Assembly (NCBI GenBank): GCA_045589815.1 | Contig: JAZNPT010000054.1 | Location: 10,723-74,722, forward strand | Length of the DNA stretch: 64,000 nt | DNA from: Acutalibacteraceae bacterium | Lineage (GTDB): Bacteria > Bacillota > Clostridia > Oscillospirales > Acutalibacteraceae | Direction of reading: 5' to 3' | In this document: positions 19,339 to 29,080 of the stretch, piece after piece | Layout of the letters: each line of letters begins with the position of its first letter | How positions within the stretch are numbered: position 1 is the first letter of the stretch | Notes under the pieces: model-generated | Databases searched by the model: none | The model's input: the letters and a program-made list of their open reading frames with translations, nothing else | What the model was told of the DNA's origin: nothing | Made by a program: the position numbers and the translations under genes

Positions 19339-20802
19339 GTGGAAAAACAGCGTGCACTTGATGCCGAGTTTGTTCATCCGAATAAAATCGGTTTCAAAGA
19401 CGGACTGGGATATGCGTTCGGTGATGCGGCGAATTTGTTCGTTCTTACTTATGTTTCGTCATATCTTAAAGTCTTTTTTACAGATATTCTCAAGGTTGCC
19501 GAAAGCAAAATAACAACACTTTTGCTTATTGCAAGGCTTTGGGATGCGATCAATGACCCGTTGTGGGGCAATATTGTTGCAAAGAAAAAACCTAACAAAG
19601 ACGGCAAATACAGACCTTATATAAAATGGTTTGCCATTCCTTTGGGTATTATGGCTATGCTTTGCTTCGTGAATTTCAGAAACTTCACATCAAGCGAAAC
19701 CGTTGTTGTTGCTCTTATGTATATAACATATATCGGTTTTGGTATGATGTATACAACAATCAATATTCCTTACGGCTCGCTTGCTTCTGTTATTACCGAT
19801 GACCCCGAGGGAAGAACGCTTCTGTCAACCTTCCGTTCAATCGGTGCAGGTTTGGGCGGTGCTGTGCCCCTTCTTATCGGTCCTATGATTATTTATACCG
19901 TAACGGGCACTAACAGCGAAGGCAATGCTGTTAAGGCGGCTGATGCGGGAGGAATGCTCAAATTCGGTGTGATTATGGGTGTTCTTTCAATAATTTTCTT
20001 CTTCCTTTGCTTTAAAACAACAAAGGAAAGAGTTGCTTCCGAGGAAGAACCCAAGGTGGATATCAAAGGCATGTATCTCGGAATGCTCAAGAGCAGACCC
20101 TTTATTGTGGCTGCGCTTTCGGGTATTCTTATCAGCGGTCAGCTTCAGTTCGGTTCACTTAATCAGTATCTTTATAAGAACTATTTTGAAAATACAGACC
20201 TTTCCATTATCGGAACAATTGCAAACTACCTTCCCATGGCGGTTATGATTTTCTTCATGCCCAAGCTTGTTAAGAAGTTTGGCAAGCAGGAGCTTTGCAG
20301 CGTCGGAACTCTTTTCTCTGCTGTTGCTGCAGTCCTCATGTTCTTTGTTGTTCCGCATTGCCAGAGAACAGGCAGCGCTCCTGTTGTGTTCATGATATTC
20401 ACATTTATCATCGGCTTCGGTTATTCGTTTGTAAGCATCACAAACTGGGCCATTATTACCGATGTTATCGACTATCAGGAATATAAAACGGGTATCCGCA
20501 GCGAAAGCGCGGTATATGCTGTTTACACCTTCTGCCGCAACCTTGGCCAGACAATAGCTGACGTTGGCGGAATGAAGCTTCTCGGCAGCGTTGCGGGCTA
20601 TGACGGCGCAGTTCACGGCTCGGCAGGCTATGTTGAGGGCGTTGGTGAGGGAATACTTTTTGTTTGCACGGTTATCCCTGCAATAGTTTATACTCTTGTG
20701 TTTATTCTCTTTAAGTTTGGTTATCCTCTTAACAAATCAAGGCTTGAAACCATGTATGCAAGCCTGAGAGAAACCAGAAGCGCAGGCGAGGAAAGCCTTT
20801 AA
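19339..20802 (+). CDS. Glycoside-pentoside-hexuronide (GPH/MelB-like) cation symporter
   Basis: GYAFGD, RLWDAINDP, GKYRPY, NIPYGSL and DVIDYQE...RSES motifs; GTG start. Confidence 0.92.
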   Translation: MEKQRALDAEFVHPNKIGFKDGLGYAFGDAANLFVLTYVSSYLKVFFTDILKVAESKITTLLLIARLWDAINDPLWGNIVAKKKPNKDGKYRPYIKWFAIPLGIMAMLCFVNFRNFTSSETVVVALMYITYIGFGMMYTTINIPYGSLASVITDDPEGRTLLSTFRSIGAGLGGAVPLLIGPMIIYTVTGTNSEGNAVKAADAGGMLKFGVIMGVLSIIFFFLCFKTTKERVASEEEPKVDIKGMYLGMLKSRPFIVAALSGILISGQLQFGSLNQYLYKNYFENTDLSIIGTIANYLPMAVMIFFMPKLVKKFGKQELCSVGTLFSAVAAVLMFFVVPHCQRTGSAPVVFMIFTFIIGFGYSFVSITNWAIITDVIDYQEYKTGIRSESAVYAVYTFCRNLGQTIADVGGMKLLGSVAGYDGAVHGSAGYVEGVGEGILFVCTVIPAIVYTLVFILFKFGYPLNKSRLETMYASLRETRSAGEESL

Positions 20803-20827
20803 AGTAATTGTTGGTGTTTTATAAGCG

Positions 20828-20853
20828 GCGGAGGCAGCGTTTGCTGCCTCCGC
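20828..20853 (+). terminator. Hairpin ending the Gfo-PHP-GPH operon
   Basis: GCGGAGGCAGC-gttt-GCTGCCTCCGC perfect 11-bp stem. Confidence 0.75.
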
Positions 20854-20959
20854 TTCAAAATTTATTTTTTCTTTCACTTGATTTGACGGCGCAGGTGTTA
20901 TATAATAAATAAGTTAGTTCTACAAAATCCGCAGTGTTTGTGCCTTTTGCGGTGAAGGG

Positions 20960-22456
20960 GTGTTGAAATTGAAGAAAATCGGTTTTGACAATGCGGCTTA
21001 TATCAGCAAGCAGTCTGAGCAGATAAGCAAACGAATCAATGAATTCGGCGGAAAGCTTTATCTTGAATTCGGTGGCAAGCTTTTTGATGATTTTCATGCT
21101 TCAAGGGTTCTTCCGGGCTTCGCACCGGACAGCAAGCTGCAAATGCTTAAAAGCATTGCCCATGATGTTGAGGTTGTTATTGTTATCAATTCCGGCGATA
21201 TCGAGAGCAATAAGATGCGCCGTGACCTCGGCATAACTTATGATGCGGATGTTTTGCGCCTTATCGATGCTTACAGGGGAGCGGGCCTTTTTGTCGGCAG
21301 CGTTGTTCTTGCTCAATATAAAGAACAGCCCGCAGCCGAGGCTTTCAAAACCAAGCTTCAGCAGCTTGGCGTCAAGGTTTTCACTCACCGCAATATCGAC
21401 GGCTATCCTTATAACGTTTCTCATATCGTCAGCGATGAGGGCTTTGGCAAAAACGAGTTTATTGAAACCGAAAGACCTCTCGTTGTTATCACCGCACCCG
21501 GTCCCGGCAGCGGAAAAATGGCAACCTGCCTTTCTCAGCTGTATCATGAGAATCAGCGCGGCAACAAGGCGGGATATGCCAAGTTTGAAACCTTCCCCAT
21601 TTGGAATTTGCCTTTGAAGCACCCTGTAAACCTTGCTTATGAGGCAGCAACAGCAGACCTTAACGACGTTAACATGATTGATCCCTATCATCTTGATGCT
21701 TACGGTGTAACAACTGTTAACTATAATAGGGACGTTGAGGTTTTTCCTGTATTAAATGCAATATTTGAAAAAATTGAGGGTGTCAGTCCTTACAAATCTC
21801 CCACGGATATGGGCGTTAATATGGCCGGTTATGCTATATGTGATGACGAAGCAACAAGAGAGGCTTCTAAGCAGGAAATTCTTCGCCGTTATTTTGCAGC
21901 ACTTTGCGATTTTAAAATGGGCAGAGGCAAGCAGGAGGCCGTTGATAAAATAGTCAGCCTGATGAATCAGGCGGGAATCAGCGTTGAGGACAGGAGGGTA
22001 ATCAAGGCTGCTGTTGACAGAAGCAATGAGACAGATGGTCAGCCTGCGGTTGCAATTGAGCTGCCTGATGGCAGAATTGTTACGGGTAAAACCTCCAATC
22101 TTCTCGGTGCTTCGAGTGCCGCTCTTCTTAACGCAGCAAAGCATCTTGCGGGGCTTCCCGATGATTTGCTGATGATTTCTCCGTCAATAATAGAGCCTAT
22201 CCAGAAGCTTAAAACAGGAATTCTCAAAGGTCACAATCCCAGGCTTCATTCAGATGAAACCCTAATTGCTCTTTCAATGAGCGCCAACACAAATCCTGTT
22301 GCAAACAAAGCGCTTGAGGCAATTGAGGGCCTCAAGGACTGCGAGGCTCATTCAACGGTTATCCTCTCTCAGGTTGATATGGATGTTTACAGGAAACTCG
22401 GAATAAATCTTACCTGTGAGCCCAGATATCAAACAAAAAAGCTTTATCATAAATAA
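20960..22456 (+). CDS. DUF1846 (UPF0371) domain protein
   Basis: KLYLEFGGKLFDDFHASRVLPGF, GPGSGKMATCLSQLYHE and YKSPTDMGVNM motifs; upstream TTGATT-17-TATAAT. Confidence 0.9.
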   Translation: MLKLKKIGFDNAAYISKQSEQISKRINEFGGKLYLEFGGKLFDDFHASRVLPGFAPDSKLQMLKSIAHDVEVVIVINSGDIESNKMRRDLGITYDADVLRLIDAYRGAGLFVGSVVLAQYKEQPAAEAFKTKLQQLGVKVFTHRNIDGYPYNVSHIVSDEGFGKNEFIETERPLVVITAPGPGSGKMATCLSQLYHENQRGNKAGYAKFETFPIWNLPLKHPVNLAYEAATADLNDVNMIDPYHLDAYGVTTVNYNRDVEVFPVLNAIFEKIEGVSPYKSPTDMGVNMAGYAICDDEATREASKQEILRRYFAALCDFKMGRGKQEAVDKIVSLMNQAGISVEDRRVIKAAVDRSNETDGQPAVAIELPDGRIVTGKTSNLLGASSAALLNAAKHLAGLPDDLLMISPSIIEPIQKLKTGILKGHNPRLHSDETLIALSMSANTNPVANKALEAIEGLKDCEAHSTVILSQVDMDVYRKLGINLTCEPRYQTKKLYHK

Positions 22457-22462
22457 AATTTT

Positions 22463-22490
22463 TGCCGCGCTTAATGCGCGGCATTTTTTT
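22463..22490 (+). terminator. Intrinsic terminator of DUF1846
   Basis: TGCCGCGC-ttaat-GCGCGGCA followed by TTTTTTT. Confidence 0.85.
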
Positions 22491-22498
22491 GTGTTGTC

Positions 22499-22546
22499 CA
22501 ATGTTACATTTGTAACATTGATATTATTTTTATAATATAATAAAAT
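22499..22546 (+). promoter_or_regulatory. Perfect 22-bp palindromic operator overlapping the -35 of a sigmaA promoter
   Basis: CAATGTTACA-tt-TGTAACATTG (22499-22520) overlaps TTGATA(22518)-17 bp-TAAAAT(22541). Confidence 0.7.
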
Positions 22547-22580
22547 AACTATGAAATATTCTTTGAAAGGATATAGACAG

Positions 22581-23900
22581 ATGGGTAAAAAGATAATTGT
22601 TGCAGGTCTCGGCCATGGCGGAATTGCGGCGGCGGCGCTTATTGCAAAAGCAGGTTTTGATGTTACCGTTTATGAACAGAAAAAGGAAGGCACTCTCGGC
22701 TATGACTGGACCGATATTTTTGCTCCGGGTGCGCTTGCTGTTGCGGGCATGGAAATGCCGCCGGAGGATAAATATGAGTATAAAGAAGATATGACTTTCT
22801 TTGGCCCTTCAATGAGTAAGGGTCTGCGCCAGCATGTCCCCGAGGAAAAGCTTGAAATAAAAATGGAACGCCGTGATATTTACGAGCATTTTATTAATTA
22901 TGCTCTTGAATGCGGTGTAAAAATTGAATATGAATGTGAAGTTCTCGGTCCGATTATCCTCGGCAGCCGGGTTGTGGGAATTAAAACAAGCAAGGGCGAG
23001 TTTTACGGCGACCTTGTTATCGATGCCTGCGGCATGAATTCTCCCGTTCGCCGCAATTTGCCCGATTCATTCGGCATTGAAAAAGAGGTTGACAGAAAAG
23101 AAAAGATTTCGATTTACAGAGCTTTTTATAATGTTGCGAGCGATGAAGATGTTCAGGCAAAATTCAAGGTTATTCTTTTTGCCGACGGCAAACTGGGTGT
23201 GAGTTGGATTGCATCTGAGGAAGACCACACAGATTTGCTTATCGGCAGATTTGAGGCTTTTGATATGGATGAGGTTGAACGCTTCTCGGATTATCTTCGC
23301 CAAACAAATCCCAGGCTCGGCAAAGAGGTTCTCAGGGGAGGGCAGTTTGTTGAAATTCCCGTGCGTCAACCGCTTTCGGTGATGATTGCCGACGGTTATG
23401 CCGCTATAGGTGACAGTGCATTCATGACGGTTCCGCTCATTGGTTCAGGCATCGCTAACAGCCTCAAAGCTGCAAGAATTCTTGCTGATACGGTGATTGC
23501 GGATAAGCATTGCTCATTTACTGCCGAAACTCTTTGGAAATATCAAATGGGATATTATAAGGAACTTGGAGCGGGGCTTGCTCCGCTCGCATGCGGCAAG
23601 CTGCTTTTGCTCGGCCTTACTCCCGAGGATGTTGATTATGTTTTTGAAAAAGGAATCATTACTGAGGATTTAATGACTATCGGTGCGGATTTCACGGGCC
23701 TCGGAAACGTGAATATTGACCCCAAAGCTTTAATTAATCAGGCTAAGCAGGTTTGCCACGATCCCGAACTTCTTAAAAAGATTATAGCCTGCGGTGTTCG
23801 CATGGGTAAAGCGATGGCAGCCTGTGCAATGATGCCAAAACGCTGGAATGCAAGCAGGGTCCGTTCGTGGTCAAAGGTTTATGAGTTTGTATTTAAATAA
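22581..23900 (+). CDS. FAD-dependent oxidoreductase, geranylgeranyl-reductase-like
   Basis: AGLGHGG dinucleotide-binding motif, VIDACG, GDSAFMTVPLIGSGIANSLKAA; start moved to ATG 22581. Confidence 0.8.
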   Translation: MGKKIIVAGLGHGGIAAAALIAKAGFDVTVYEQKKEGTLGYDWTDIFAPGALAVAGMEMPPEDKYEYKEDMTFFGPSMSKGLRQHVPEEKLEIKMERRDIYEHFINYALECGVKIEYECEVLGPIILGSRVVGIKTSKGEFYGDLVIDACGMNSPVRRNLPDSFGIEKEVDRKEKISIYRAFYNVASDEDVQAKFKVILFADGKLGVSWIASEEDHTDLLIGRFEAFDMDEVERFSDYLRQTNPRLGKEVLRGGQFVEIPVRQPLSVMIADGYAAIGDSAFMTVPLIGSGIANSLKAARILADTVIADKHCSFTAETLWKYQMGYYKELGAGLAPLACGKLLLLGLTPEDVDYVFEKGIITEDLMTIGADFTGLGNVNIDPKALINQAKQVCHDPELLKKIIACGVRMGKAMAACAMMPKRWNASRVRSWSKVYEFVFK

Positions 23901-23907
23901 AAAGGCA

Positions 23908-23940
23908 CCGCCGAAGTTCAAAGAACTTCGGCGGCTTTTT
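23908..23940. terminator. Bidirectional terminator
   Basis: CCGCCGAAGTTC-aaa-GAACTTCGGCGG with flanking A/T runs between convergent genes. Confidence 0.85.
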
Positions 23941-23945
23941 GCATT

Positions 23946-26900
23946 TTATATAACTCTGAATGTTTTGACCTCAAATGGTTTGATATCAAACTCAAATCCG
24001 TTTTCGGAGCATTCGATTTCACGCTTATCTTCCTCAATCATGTTGCACTCATAAACCTTTTCAAAACCGAAATTAAGTTTTACGCAATGAGTGCCTCTTC
24101 TTTGCTCTTCTTCAACAAAGCGGATAATATATCCTCTGCCGTCCTGAGCTTTTTTGATTGCATCAACGGCAATGTTTTCGCCTGTCCCTTCAACAAACTT
24201 GATTTCGCAGGGAATATTGCCGCTGACAGCTTCTGCATTATAGACTGCAACGGGAGCAACGTTGAAGGCAATTGCATGCTGAACAGTGCCGTTTCTCCAG
24301 TCACCGTCATGAGGATAAAAGGCATATTTGAAGGTGTTTATGCCATGGTCGCCTGTTCTGTCAGGGCAGGTGGGGGCACGCATGAGTGTTATTCTTACAT
24401 GACTGTTGTGGATGTCATAGCCGTATTTGCAGTCATTGATAATGCTGCAGCCGTAGCCGCCTTCGGAAAGGTCTGCCCATTTGTGTGCAGCAACCTCAAA
24501 TCTTGTGAGGTCATAGAGAGTGTTCCAATGGGTTGGACGCTTTGTTGCACCGTGGGCAATGTCATAGGTTGCATCTGTGTCAATAACTGCGGCGTCAAAG
24601 CCTGCTTTAAGGACTTTGTCGCTTTCGTGCCAGTCAACTGTTGTGTCAAAAACAACGGTTTCGCCGTTTTGATAGAGAATAACATCCTGTGTTATTGTTG
24701 ACTTGTTGAAACTGTATTTAACTCTTACAACGCCTCTGACGGCGTTGCTTTCAACAACCTCAATGCTGTCTGCCTTAAGCTCCCACATTTTCTTCTGATA
24801 GTTAAGCTCAAGGTTCCATGCGGTTTCGTGAACGCATTTGTCGAGCGAAATTGTGAGAATATTGCCCCTGCCGTCAAGAGCTTCTCTTTGGTTAACTTTA
24901 TCATATATGCTTGTGATTATTCCGTTTTCGTCAAAAGTAACAGCAAGATTTGCATTCTCGATATAGGTGGTATCCGCCTCAACGGGAGCATAGATGCATT
25001 CACCCTCGTGCAGATTAAATGTCTTGCAGCTCATGGGTTCAAGGCAATCGGGGATGAACATGAATTTGCCGTTAATATATGCGCAGGGGAGCGATAAACC
25101 GTCTGAAGTTGCAACATACATTCCATCGGGAACACCTTCAACCTCAACAGGCTCATAGCTGCTTGCGTTCGTGAGGTTCCAAACGGTGATGCTGTTTTTA
25201 TCAGCGGTAACAGCTCCCGAAAGAGCCTTTAAAGCGCCGTTATAGATATCCTCGCCGATTTTGTTCATTACGGCATAATCTCTGCGGCAGTCCTCAAAAA
25301 CTTCGTGTATGGAAGAACCGGGAAGAATATCGTGAAACTGGTTAGTCATGAGAATACGCCAGCCTTTTTCAATTTCTTCCTTGGGATATTCCTTGCCCAA
25401 AAGTTTTTCTGCAAAAACAGAAAGCATTTCGGCTCTTGTGAAAAGATATTCGCCCTTGCGGTTGTTCTTTTTAACAAAAGCCTGGCTGGTGAAGGTTCCT
25501 CTGTGGTTTTCATAGAACATTTCGCCGTTCCATACGGGAAGCTCATCTTCGTGACCGCTGTATGTTTCAAAGAAATCGTCAACATGGCCGATTTCGGTTT
25601 TGGGCAATCCGGGGAAATTCTGAAGCCTTCTGCCTCTTTCAAGCATGTTGCGTGTCGGGCCGCCGCCGCCGTCACCGTAGCCATACATGCTCATTGCGGT
25701 GTTCAACTCGTTTTTATTGTTGCATTCTTCATCAACCGTCATGATTTCTTCAACATTGAAGTGGCAGTTGTATGCGGGGCGCATAAGATGAGCGCGCACT
25801 CTGTCGCCGTTGTTGCCCTGCCACATAAACATGCTGTAGGGGAATTTTGTGGTGTCGTTATATGAAAGCTTTGAGGTGATGAAGTTCTGCATTCCGCAGC
25901 CGTTGATGATTTGGGGAAGCGCCCATGTGAAGCCGAAGCAGTCGGGCAGCCAGTATGTTTTTGAAACTTTGCCGAATTCCTTTTTGAAGAATTCGGTGCC
26001 GTAAAGCACCTGTCTGATAAGAGCTTCGCCTGATGCAAGGTTTGTGTCCGCCTCAACCCAAACGTTGCCGCAGATATCCCATTGACCTGATGCAACCTTT
26101 TCTTTAATTTTTTCATATATTTCGGGATAGTGGTCCTTCATCATCTGGTAAAGCACCGCCTGGCTTTGACCGAAGGTCATTTCGGGATAAACATCCATAA
26201 GCGAAGTAACATTCATGAATGTTCTTGCGCTCTTTCTGATGCTTTCCTGAATTCTCCAAAGCCAAGCGACGTCAATGTGGCTGTGGCCTGTAAGAATAAC
26301 CTTGCTCTGTGCCGACCAGTCAATTGCGGCAATCTTTGAAAGGTAATATTTTCTTGCTTCTTTAATGGATTCTCTTACTCTTGCCTCATCAAAATCATAG
26401 TCAACAATATGCATGCTGTCATCAACCGCAGCATAAACTTTTGCCTTGATATGCTCGTCTTTTATGTAATCAAGAGCCTGGAATGCAACCTGAAGGTCGA
26501 TATAGTAACCCTCGCATTCCTTGTCAACAACAAAAATGCAGGTTTCGCCGAAACGGCATTCAGCATGCTTTGCGCCATCCATGGCGGCATCGCAGAAGCT
26601 CATGGAGTCAACCGTTGCTTCGATTTCAAATTCAAGAACTTCGCCTGCTTTATGAATTCCGAGAGCAACTTCGGTTCTGTCCGGAATGCTGTCTCTTGAC
26701 GCGCAGCCTGAAATATATTTGCCGTTGCATTTAACGAGCGCTTCGCCTCCGACTGCGAATTTTGCACGCAACTCAAGGCCGTCCATTTCTTCGGGAACGG
26801 TAACGCTTGCTTTGAAGAAATGAGCGGAATCATAGCCTGCATACCAGATGTCGCCGCCTTTTATTTCACCCTTAAAATCTTCCATTTCGTATCTGTCGCC

Positions 26901-27017
26901 AAGGAACATTCCGCGAGTGTATTCCCAAACGGGTATTTCTTTTTTGTACAGGATGCAGTATAGCTTTAACTGCTTATACATATCATCTTTAAGTATTTGA
27001 GGTTTTATGGTGTGCAT
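23946..27017 (-). CDS. Alpha-mannosidase, glycoside hydrolase family 38
   Basis: GHSHIDVAWLW, WLPDCFG..., GYGDGGGGP, HRGTFTSQ, NQFHDILPGS and KWADLSE motifs. Confidence 0.95.
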   Translation of the reverse strand: MHTIKPQILKDDMYKQLKLYCILYKKEIPVWEYTRGMFLGDRYEMEDFKGEIKGGDIWYAGYDSAHFFKASVTVPEEMDGLELRAKFAVGGEALVKCNGKYISGCASRDSIPDRTEVALGIHKAGEVLEFEIEATVDSMSFCDAAMDGAKHAECRFGETCIFVVDKECEGYYIDLQVAFQALDYIKDEHIKAKVYAAVDDSMHIVDYDFDEARVRESIKEARKYYLSKIAAIDWSAQSKVILTGHSHIDVAWLWRIQESIRKSARTFMNVTSLMDVYPEMTFGQSQAVLYQMMKDHYPEIYEKIKEKVASGQWDICGNVWVEADTNLASGEALIRQVLYGTEFFKKEFGKVSKTYWLPDCFGFTWALPQIINGCGMQNFITSKLSYNDTTKFPYSMFMWQGNNGDRVRAHLMRPAYNCHFNVEEIMTVDEECNNKNELNTAMSMYGYGDGGGGPTRNMLERGRRLQNFPGLPKTEIGHVDDFFETYSGHEDELPVWNGEMFYENHRGTFTSQAFVKKNNRKGEYLFTRAEMLSVFAEKLLGKEYPKEEIEKGWRILMTNQFHDILPGSSIHEVFEDCRRDYAVMNKIGEDIYNGALKALSGAVTADKNSITVWNLTNASSYEPVEVEGVPDGMYVATSDGLSLPCAYINGKFMFIPDCLEPMSCKTFNLHEGECIYAPVEADTTYIENANLAVTFDENGIITSIYDKVNQREALDGRGNILTISLDKCVHETAWNLELNYQKKMWELKADSIEVVESNAVRGVVRVKYSFNKSTITQDVILYQNGETVVFDTTVDWHESDKVLKAGFDAAVIDTDATYDIAHGATKRPTHWNTLYDLTRFEVAAHKWADLSEGGYGCSIINDCKYGYDIHNSHVRITLMRAPTCPDRTGDHGINTFKYAFYPHDGDWRNGTVQHAIAFNVAPVAVYNAEAVSGNIPCEIKFVEGTGENIAVDAIKKAQDGRGYIIRFVEEEQRRGTHCVKLNFGFEKVYECNMIEEDKREIECSENGFEFDIKPFEVKTFRVI

Positions 27018-27076
27018 ATCAACACTCCTTTAATATCAGATGATTTTATAATAGCAGATGACGTTATAAAAAGCAA

Positions 27077-27105
27077 CAAAAAACCGCCCGATTTCAGGCG
27101 GCTTT
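27077..27105 (-). terminator. Terminator of the ECF/anti-sigma operon
   Basis: Minus strand CCGCCTGA-aa-TCGGGCGG followed by TTTTTT. Confidence 0.7.
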
Positions 27106-27116
27106 TATAAAATCAT

Positions 27117-28487
27117 TTAAAATTGAAATGCCAAGTCATTCCCGGTAATCACAACTTCTTCGAGCATGGTTGCTGTTTCGATTGTTGTGTGGTTCCCTGT
27201 AAGAGTTCCCGTGTGAGTAATTCTCACAAGCTGACCTTTCTTTAAAAATCCGCTTATGATATATCGCTTGATGTTCATATTGTTTGCAATAACCGTGAAT
27301 TCAATTCCGTCATCGGGGTTTTTCATCATAATTGCGTCATTAACTTTGATATAATCCTCACCTATCTCGGTTACATTGCCGATTATATATTGCTTGTTGT
27401 CTGCGATTTCACCCGCTTTATGCTCCAACGCATAGTTGGCAATTTCATTGACAGCATCTTCTCCGATGTAGTATTCGTAGGCGTAGCCGTCGATATTTGT
27501 TCTGATATAGCCGTTGTCGGACAGCCCCCATGAGAGATTATCTGAACCGAGTTCTTCAGAAACAATCACAAAAGAGAGCTTCTTTTTGCCGCTTGGTATA
27601 GGCTTTGCTTCAAGTGTTTCGGCATCGGCGTGCTTTAAAAACATGCTCCACAATGCTTCGCTGTCGGCTTCGGTTAAGCCGTAAAGCTTTGAGTTGTGAT
27701 AAATTGTTGTTAATGGGAATGTTTCTGTTAAATTCAATGCCGTAATTAAATCGCCGAGAGTGGCGGGCGGATTGTAATAATGGCGCATATTGAAAACATA
27801 ATATCCGGCATGTCCCTGATATTTAACCGCGATAAATCTTGTCGAATCAACGCCTTTGATTTCATATATTCCGCAAGTTGTTGTGTGGGTTTTGTCCTCA
27901 TATATGTCATATCCCCGTAATGTTGCCGTGCAAAGCTTTTTACCTACTTTATCCTTTGAAAGCGTGTTGTGTGAGCGGATTGTGTATGTTCTGTCATTAT
28001 ATTCAACAAAGGTGAATTGCTCAAATATCTCTTTGCAATTCCATGGCCATTCTCTGGCGCTCGCTTGTGACATTATGTTTATATTTTTGTTGCGCTCTCT
28101 TAGGTCTGCCCATTGGCACGGCAGGTGAGTCACCGGAGGAATTACGGTTGCAGGCTCCGTTAAAGTGCTATTCTCGGTTGAGTTTTCCGCAGTTTCTGAA
28201 ACGGGAGGCGGAGCAAGAGTAATATTTGTGCTTTCGTTTGTTGATTGCGGCAATGTTGCTGCGGTTGTTGGCGGGTCTGTGAGAATGAAGGCTTCATCAA
28301 GACCGATTTTGATAAGCTTTTTGATGTTGCTCAAACCGAACACACATGCTGCAGCAATGCAAAGGCATGCCGCCAGAGAGGCGGCAGTTATCCAAATTTT
28401 TTTATCGGTTTTCGGTTTTGACCTTGCATCCTTTATGCATTCGTCGTCAACCTTTCCGACAGCATCCAAAATATCGTCAGGTTTCAT
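27117..28487 (-). CDS. Putative membrane-anchored anti-sigma factor
   Basis: N-terminal ILDAVGKVDDECIKDA typical of clostridial ECF partners, one TM helix, Pro/Thr/Ser-rich linker, extracellular domain; ATGA overlap with the sigma gene. Confidence 0.7.
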   Translation of the reverse strand: MKPDDILDAVGKVDDECIKDARSKPKTDKKIWITAASLAACLCIAAACVFGLSNIKKLIKIGLDEAFILTDPPTTAATLPQSTNESTNITLAPPPVSETAENSTENSTLTEPATVIPPVTHLPCQWADLRERNKNINIMSQASAREWPWNCKEIFEQFTFVEYNDRTYTIRSHNTLSKDKVGKKLCTATLRGYDIYEDKTHTTTCGIYEIKGVDSTRFIAVKYQGHAGYYVFNMRHYYNPPATLGDLITALNLTETFPLTTIYHNSKLYGLTEADSEALWSMFLKHADAETLEAKPIPSGKKKLSFVIVSEELGSDNLSWGLSDNGYIRTNIDGYAYEYYIGEDAVNEIANYALEHKAGEIADNKQYIIGNVTEIGEDYIKVNDAIMMKNPDDGIEFTVIANNMNIKRYIISGFLKKGQLVRITHTGTLTGNHTTIETATMLEEVVITGNDLAFQF

Positions 28488-29041
28488 TTTAAGCCCTCCT
28501 TTTCCAATCGGGCGCGAAGCTTTTGTCGGATTCTGTAAAGCATAGATTTAATCTTGCTCTGCGAATAGCCGAAGCGCGCAGCTATTGATTCAATGGAATC
28601 CATATAAAAGTAGCGGCAGAGGAATATATGACGTTCTTTATCTGACAAAGCTTTAACGAATGAATTTATAACATCGGCAAGCATTTGTGTTTCAACCGTA
28701 TGCTCGATGCTGCTTTTATCGGATATGCATTCCGAAAGCTCATCCAAAACAACCGCAGTTTGTCCGCCGCCGCGCTTTTCCGCGCCGTTTTTTCTCCATT
28801 TATTAATAGAGATGCGCCGAGTGATTTTGCCCAGAAATGTTGACAGGACAGACGGACGGTGCGGAGGCATGCTGTTCCATGCGCTCAAATATGTGTCGTT
28901 AACGCATTCCTCGGCATCAGCACGGTTATTGAGAATATTGTTGGCAACGGAAAGACAGTAGCTGCCGTATTTTGCGGCAGTTTCATTTATTGCTTTTTCA
29001 TTTCGTTCCCAATATAAATCCACAATTTGCTTATCATCCAT
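28484..29041 (-). CDS. ECF RNA polymerase sigma factor (sigma-70 family)
   Basis: MDDKQIVDLYWERNEKAI, DAEECVNDTYL, LGKITRRISIN and region-4 HTH; start moved to ATG 29041 behind GGAGG. Confidence 0.93.
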   Translation of the reverse strand: MDDKQIVDLYWERNEKAINETAAKYGSYCLSVANNILNNRADAEECVNDTYLSAWNSMPPHRPSVLSTFLGKITRRISINKWRKNGAEKRGGGQTAVVLDELSECISDKSSIEHTVETQMLADVINSFVKALSDKERHIFLCRYFYMDSIESIAARFGYSQSKIKSMLYRIRQKLRARLEKEGLK

Positions 29042-29080
29042 CCGTAACACCTCCTTTTCAAATGAAAAGCTTTTCACCCA

